A stretch of 64,000 nt of DNA, from the IMG/VR virus record IMGVR_UViG_3300025018_000005. One strand, written 5' to 3'. The notes beneath the pieces were generated by a model, which saw only the letters and a list, made by a program, of their open reading frames with translations, made no database searches and was not told the origin of the DNA. Position numbers and translations under genes: made by a program. Shown piece after piece: positions 59,361-64,000 of this stretch (positions are counted from its first letter, which is position 1; each line of letters starts with the position of its first letter). Source of the DNA: an uncultured virus (IMG/VR IMGVR_UViG_3300025018_000005). Taxonomy: Duplodnaviria; Heunggongvirae; Uroviricota; Caudoviricetes.

Positions 59361-59489
59361 ATGCACAAAGAAACTTATCGTGGTTTTTTAATCGAAGAAG
59401 GAAGCAGCTTGACTTGGAAAGATGTCGGGTCTGCCGTTAGTAAAAAAGCAAGAAAGTGGTTTATTGAGAATTACGGCTGAGGAGAATTC

Positions 59490-59732
59490 ATGAATTGCAG
59501 TAATTGTAAGTTTGCAAGAAAGCTTGTATTGAGTGATGCAGGGTATATTGGATGCCAGAAGGCATCACGACGAGAGGATATTGAAGAAGCGCTAATATCA
59601 ATGAATAGAAAGGCTGGAGATCACTATATGTACTGGAGCTGCAAGCTAAACCAGAATAAAAAAGGTGTCATGAAAGTTGGTGTCTGTGTATATCCAAGTG
59701 CAAAATGTCATGAATGGGAGGAGTTAAAATGA
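59490..59732 (+). CDS. small Cys-rich protein
   Basis: CSNCKF...C; GAGGAG RBS. Confidence 0.55.
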   Translation: MNCSNCKFARKLVLSDAGYIGCQKASRREDIEEALISMNRKAGDHYMYWSCKLNQNKKGVMKVGVCVYPSAKCHEWEELK

Positions 59733-60871
59733 GTCACTTAATTAAGTATCTTGAGTCGTTTGCCACAAAAGATCTTGCGCTAGAAGCCATAAATCAGGAG
59801 CTTGGTGTAAAAGTAAAAGAGTATGAAGAAGGTCTTTATGTGTTTAATTATTCTCAAATAGAAAGCCCAAAAACACATCCTGTTGTTCGTCAGTGTCGCG
59901 GCTCTGTGCTGGCTTATGGCGATAATGGTTGGTATTATGTTGCAAGGACGTTTGATCGATTTTTCAATTATGGCGAAGCACCAGATACACTTACTGATTT
60001 TGATTTTGATCGGGCTGTGGTTATGGAGAAAAGCGATGGTTCGTTTCTAAAAGTGTTCTATAATCCACTTGCATTGCGATGGGAGATAGGCACTCGCGGA
60101 ACTGCGTTTGCTGAGTCAGAAAATCAGCGAGGCCATGTGTTTTTTGATCTTACTCTTGACACGCTTGGCTTTATTGAGCACGAATTTCAAGTTGCATGTA
60201 CTCGATACATGAGTGAAGGCAACACTTATTGTTTTGAACTTATTTCGCCAGAGAATAGAATTGTAACGCCTTATGAGAAGTCAGAGCTTGTCTATCTTGG
60301 TACTGTCATTAACTCGACTGGTATGCTGCTCTTTAACCCATCTGTCACGCTAATGAGTAATGGAATGCGGCCTGCAAAGACATACTCAATTAAGACCATT
60401 GAAGACTGCGTAGAGGCTGCAAAAGAACTCGAAGGTCTTGAAGAGGGCTTTGTTGTGAGGGATACAGTTAGCGGTCAGATGGTTAAAATCAAATCACCAC
60501 TTTATTTGAAGGCGCACAAGGCTAGAGGAGACTATGGTCTAACTGAAAAAGTGGCAATGAAACTTGTGTTTGATAACGAGCAAGAAGAGTATCTTCAGTA
60601 TTTTCCAGAAGACAAGGAGAAGCTCGATGTTATTAAATGGCGTTTTGATTCAATGATCTGGCACGTTATTGGAAGTTTTACTGCGGCAAGCGAAATTTCA
60701 AATGGAGATCAAAAGCAGTTTGCTCTATCGGTTAAAGACTCTATTTTTAAGCCGCTACTGTTCTCGATGAAAAACAGAGGAGAAACACCTTGGCAGGCAT
60801 TTGCTGGATTGACAGAAAAAAACAAGATCGCTATGTTCAAAAAATTCATAGAATATGTTGACTTTGATTAG
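59729..60871 (+). CDS. RNA ligase 1 (T4 RnlA-like)
   Basis: CRG, FDRFFNYGE, EKSDGS, TRG, FELISPENRIV, EGFVV, VKIKS. Confidence 0.9.
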   Translation: MSHLIKYLESFATKDLALEAINQELGVKVKEYEEGLYVFNYSQIESPKTHPVVRQCRGSVLAYGDNGWYYVARTFDRFFNYGEAPDTLTDFDFDRAVVMEKSDGSFLKVFYNPLALRWEIGTRGTAFAESENQRGHVFFDLTLDTLGFIEHEFQVACTRYMSEGNTYCFELISPENRIVTPYEKSELVYLGTVINSTGMLLFNPSVTLMSNGMRPAKTYSIKTIEDCVEAAKELEGLEEGFVVRDTVSGQMVKIKSPLYLKAHKARGDYGLTEKVAMKLVFDNEQEEYLQYFPEDKEKLDVIKWRFDSMIWHVIGSFTAASEISNGDQKQFALSVKDSIFKPLLFSMKNRGETPWQAFAGLTEKNKIAMFKKFIEYVDFD

Positions 60872-60914
60872 ATAGTCGATTATTCTCGATTGAAATTAAA
60901 CAGCAGGAGGCTTT

Positions 60915-61157
60915 ATGAATATATCTGACAACTTACTTAACAAGCTAACAGATTCAGAATTTGTTGTTTGTGATGGATATGAAGACGAAGCAGATCCGTC
61001 AACCTACATGGTTTCAATTTATCGAAAGCGAGATGGGTTTCACATATCTGAGGAAGATTATGGTGAATATCTTGGGCAGAAAGTCCGAGATGTGATTGTA
61101 GAGCTTTGCGAGGAAGGATTTTGGGAGGTAGAATATGCAGAACTACAAAATCGATAA
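60915..61157 (+). CDS. small acidic protein
   Basis: AGGAGG RBS, own promoter. Confidence 0.6.
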   Translation: MNISDNLLNKLTDSEFVVCDGYEDEADPSTYMVSIYRKRDGFHISEEDYGEYLGQKVRDVIVELCEEGFWEVEYAELQNR

Positions 61158-61896
61158 GGCGTTGTGTGAAGATTTACTCAATCTTAGGATTAATGAATTT
61201 TGTTTTGGAAGGAAAGAAAGCGAAGGCGGGCATGATGTTGATATGGTATTCATATTGCCAAACTAAGCAGAGATACTAACGGCACCTGTAGACCATAAGA
61301 ACTGGCTGCATTATAAGGGTGAGTTCGATGGGGTTAAGGTTGACTATCTCTTTGTCTTAGAGTGTGTTTTTTATGATTCGATCATCAACGGGTTAAGTCA
61401 CGTACCTTACGAGTGCTTGCGTAGTGATTTCGGTGTCAATGAAGAACTTGCTGGAGAGGTAGATGACTATTTATTTACCTATCGCGCCTTAAAAAGCTAT
61501 CGTGGATTATTGAGAAAGGATATAAAGCAGGCTCGTGCTTATAAAGCAAATAAATCTACTTATAAATACGAAAAGAAGGTTGGATTTATATCAGATGCAA
61601 TATTACTGATCAGTAAGTATGTGAAAAATGTTGGCGTATCTGAGACAGAGCTTAATATACTAAAAGGCGATGACTTCTTGATAAGTGCTCAAGTTATACA
61701 CGACAAAATGCAGCTCGAAATGAATAAGATGTTTGATCGTGGTGAGCTACCAGAGATGTACAGTGGTTGGGAATATGAGTACGGATATTGGGGAAGCGTA
61801 GACACATCAAAAAGTCATGTTGATATTGTTGAAAAAATTGTACATGTTTTTTCGAAAGGAGTAATAAATGAAAGCAATTATTTGTGTAGGAATTAG
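61135..61896 (+). pseudogene. putative Pol-beta-fold nucleotidyltransferase (RlaP-like) with internal TAA
   Basis: GGAGG RBS and ATG at 61135; FG.......HDVDMVFILP motif; TAA at 61264-61266; same frame continues into ORF 61417-61896. Confidence 0.55.
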
Positions 61897-62737
61897 CGGT
61901 AGCGGAAAGACTACTTGGGCGGAAGAGTATGTTCGGAATCGTGCCGACTGGATTGTTGTGTGTCGAGACGATATTCGATTTAATGGTGGGTCCAAGATCT
62001 GGAATAACTGGACATTCAACAAAAAGAATGAAGATGAAGTTACTCGCAAGTACTGGGAGTTAATTGAGTACGCTGCATTACAGGGGATGAATGTTATTCT
62101 TGCTGATACCAATTTGAATATCGGTCGTAGGATCGACATGGCTAATAAGCTGATTGAGATGGGGTATGAAGTCGAAGAAAAGCACTTCGACGTTGATCTT
62201 CGAGACGCCATTTCACGAGACAATCAGCGATTTGGCGGTGTCGGTAGTGATGTTATTTTACGCCAGTGGTGCCAGTACAAAGGTGATGAATATGGTAAGT
62301 ATGTCGCTGGTGATGGTGAAAAGGTTTATGTTGTTGACATTGATGGAACAGTAGCAGAATCACAAGGGCGAGGCTGGTACGACTGGGAGCGTGTCGGTGA
62401 AGACTTGCCTAAGACTTGGGTCATGGACATTGTGAAAGGGTTAAACGCACAGGGTTACGGCATTGTGTTCCTGAGTGGTCGAGATGGATCTTGCTATGAC
62501 ATTACCAAGCAATGGCTATACGATCATTTCGGTAGCGATTTTGAGCTGTTTATGCGTGAAGCTGGCGATATGCGCAGAGACAGCATTATCAAGCGGGAAT
62601 TGTTTGACACACATATCCGAAATGTGTATAACGTACAGGCTGTGATTGATGATCGTCAGCAGGTGCTGCACGAGACTTGGGGGCCATTAGGCGTAAACGT
62701 TCTTTGTGTTGGATTGCCAGCACTTAATAATTTTTAA
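61868..62737 (+). CDS. pseT: polynucleotide 5'-kinase / 3'-phosphatase
   Basis: GISGSGKTT, RDDIR, DTNL; HAD motifs DIDGT, LSGR, DDR. Confidence 0.92.
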   Translation: MKAIICVGISGSGKTTWAEEYVRNRADWIVVCRDDIRFNGGSKIWNNWTFNKKNEDEVTRKYWELIEYAALQGMNVILADTNLNIGRRIDMANKLIEMGYEVEEKHFDVDLRDAISRDNQRFGGVGSDVILRQWCQYKGDEYGKYVAGDGEKVYVVDIDGTVAESQGRGWYDWERVGEDLPKTWVMDIVKGLNAQGYGIVFLSGRDGSCYDITKQWLYDHFGSDFELFMREAGDMRRDSIIKRELFDTHIRNVYNVQAVIDDRQQVLHETWGPLGVNVLCVGLPALNNF

Positions 62738-62748
62738 CAGGAGGCTTT

Positions 62749-63336
62749 ATGACAATTCATATTATGTTGGATTTAGAGACAATGGGCGTAGGCATTTCTC
62801 CTGCGATTATGGAGATTGCTGCTGTTGTGTTTGATCCAGAAGGCAATACTCAAGATATTGAACACCACTTTCATTCAGGAGTGACGCTTGCGTCGTCTGT
62901 TATGTCTGGATTAAAGATAACAGACAGCACCATCGATTTTTGGCGCAAGCAGTCTGATGCCGCAAAGCAGAGTATGTACAGCTCTCAAACAACCGGCAAT
63001 GAGCTTCTTGGTGTTGCTCTTGAGTGGTTTTTTGAGTGGATTGGTGAGCTAAAAGCTGAGTTCAAGGACGACGATATTCGCCTATGGGGAAATGGCATCC
63101 TTGCAGACAACCTATGGCTCTATTCAGCCTGCGAGGCTGTTGGAATAGATTTTAGCAGTAATGTTAGTCACTGGGAGCACTCAGACTTCAGGACGCTAAT
63201 GGAGACATGTGAGGCGGTTACAGGAGTCAATCCAAAGAAAGAGCTTGATTTTGTTGGCGTGCAGCACAATCCAGTTGATGACTGCATTCATCAAATTAAG
63301 TGTGTACAAGCTGCTTTTGCAGAGTTAAAAAAATAA
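62749..63336 (+). CDS. DEDDh 3'-5' exonuclease
   Basis: IMLDLETMG, WGNG..AD, DFRT, HNPVDDCIHQ. Confidence 0.88.
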   Translation: MTIHIMLDLETMGVGISPAIMEIAAVVFDPEGNTQDIEHHFHSGVTLASSVMSGLKITDSTIDFWRKQSDAAKQSMYSSQTTGNELLGVALEWFFEWIGELKAEFKDDDIRLWGNGILADNLWLYSACEAVGIDFSSNVSHWEHSDFRTLMETCEAVTGVNPKKELDFVGVQHNPVDDCIHQIKCVQAAFAELKK

Positions 63337-63347
63337 ATTAAAAAGTG

Positions 63348-63392
63348 TTGACAGTTGTTTGGTGTAGGCTTAATATACTTACATCAAACAAC
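63348..63392 (+). promoter_or_regulatory. sigma70 promoter with -10 in the loop of a 15-bp inverted repeat
   Basis: TTGACA-17-TAATAT; arms 63354-63368 and 63378-63392. Confidence 0.75.
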
Positions 63393-63407
63393 GGCAGGAG
63401 AAACAAA

Positions 63408-63728
63408 ATGATTGATAAAGTTAAAACACTAAAAGATTTAATCTCATCAAGCAACTCACGAGTTATGTCTGTAAAATTTATCAAAGCTGATGGCACTGAG
63501 CGTGTCATGGCTTTCAACCCAAAAACAGCGAAGGGCATTAAAGGCGAAGCTGCATCTGATTCAGCAAAACAAGCGGTAGCTACTCGCAAGAAAAATAATC
63601 CAAACTTAATTTCTGTTTGTGATCAGTCTCTGCTTGCAAAAGGCGATCCAGCAGAAAGATGCTGGCGGTCAATCAATTGTGAAACAGCAATTGAAGCGCA
63701 TATTGGGGGTCGAGTGATTCCGCTGTGA
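63408..63728 (+). CDS. WYL-like SH3-fold protein
   Basis: VKFIKADGTERVM...V.D...WRSI. Confidence 0.7.
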   Translation: MIDKVKTLKDLISSSNSRVMSVKFIKADGTERVMAFNPKTAKGIKGEAASDSAKQAVATRKKNNPNLISVCDQSLLAKGDPAERCWRSINCETAIEAHIGGRVIPL

Positions 63729-63985
63729 AGATGAGTGCTACAGAGTTTGCAAGCAAGTGCGAAGATCTTGCTAGAGTATTGCAGACGCAAAAAGCTGTAA
63801 GAAGTGTGCATAGTCCAATATACAAGTCTGGCATTACACTATACGCATACACGCAAGGCTATTTTGGAATGGAAGAGACGTTTTACGTGCTAAATACGGA
63901 TAATGGCGTTATCTATACTCGTCACCTAGATTTAGATGTTAAACTAAAAAGCTCAAACGAGTTTTTGGAGGTTGTGAATGCTTAA
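63725..63985 (+). CDS. hypothetical protein
   Basis: Overlaps the upstream stop; 86 aa. Confidence 0.5.
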   Translation: MKMSATEFASKCEDLARVLQTQKAVRSVHSPIYKSGITLYAYTQGYFGMEETFYVLNTDNGVIYTRHLDLDVKLKSSNEFLEVVNA

Positions 63986-64000
63986 AGTATTATGGTATCT

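Noticed and set aside
90..63811. Many 60-200 aa ORFs antisense to or nested in clear genes (e.g. 46329-46952, 6144-6596, 54761-55213)
   Set aside because: Shadow frames with no RBS or recognisable motif
1..64000. Genome-wide stop-codon reassignment
   Set aside because: Core genes are uninterrupted in the standard code and end in TAA, TAG and TGA; the internal stops are of all three types; no suppressor tRNA is seen

Overview
This window is 64 kb of a tailed dsDNA (siphovirus-like) phage genome, probably lytic and probably infecting a gammaproteobacterium (inferred from the CsrA-like, TraR-like and ThyA genes and the spanin-type lysis cassette; no integrase or repressor is seen). Layout: small leftward early genes (1-5.2 kb); rightward packaging, head, tail and lysis genes (5.3-33.1 kb); a leftward replication/recombination block (33.1-43.0 kb); an AT-rich putative origin; then rightward nucleotide-metabolism, counter-defence and RNA-repair genes with tRNAs (43.3-64 kb). 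Strongest observations: (1) the ribonucleotide reductase gene is split by two group I introns, a 178-nt ORF-less intron inside the catalytic Cys codon and a 745-nt HNH-carrying intron, leaving a 65-nt exon that holds the active-site loop; (2) a 1.23-kb DNA-glycosyltransferase (TAGT/GREB1-like) cassette is bounded by a 40-bp direct repeat of the exonuclease 3' end and interrupted by one in-frame TGA; (3) several sigma70 promoters have the -10 box in the loop of an inverted repeat; (4) a tandem CsrA-like gene lies between terminase and portal; (5) several accessory genes carry single in-frame stops. All protein calls come from motif recognition by eye; no database searches were run.
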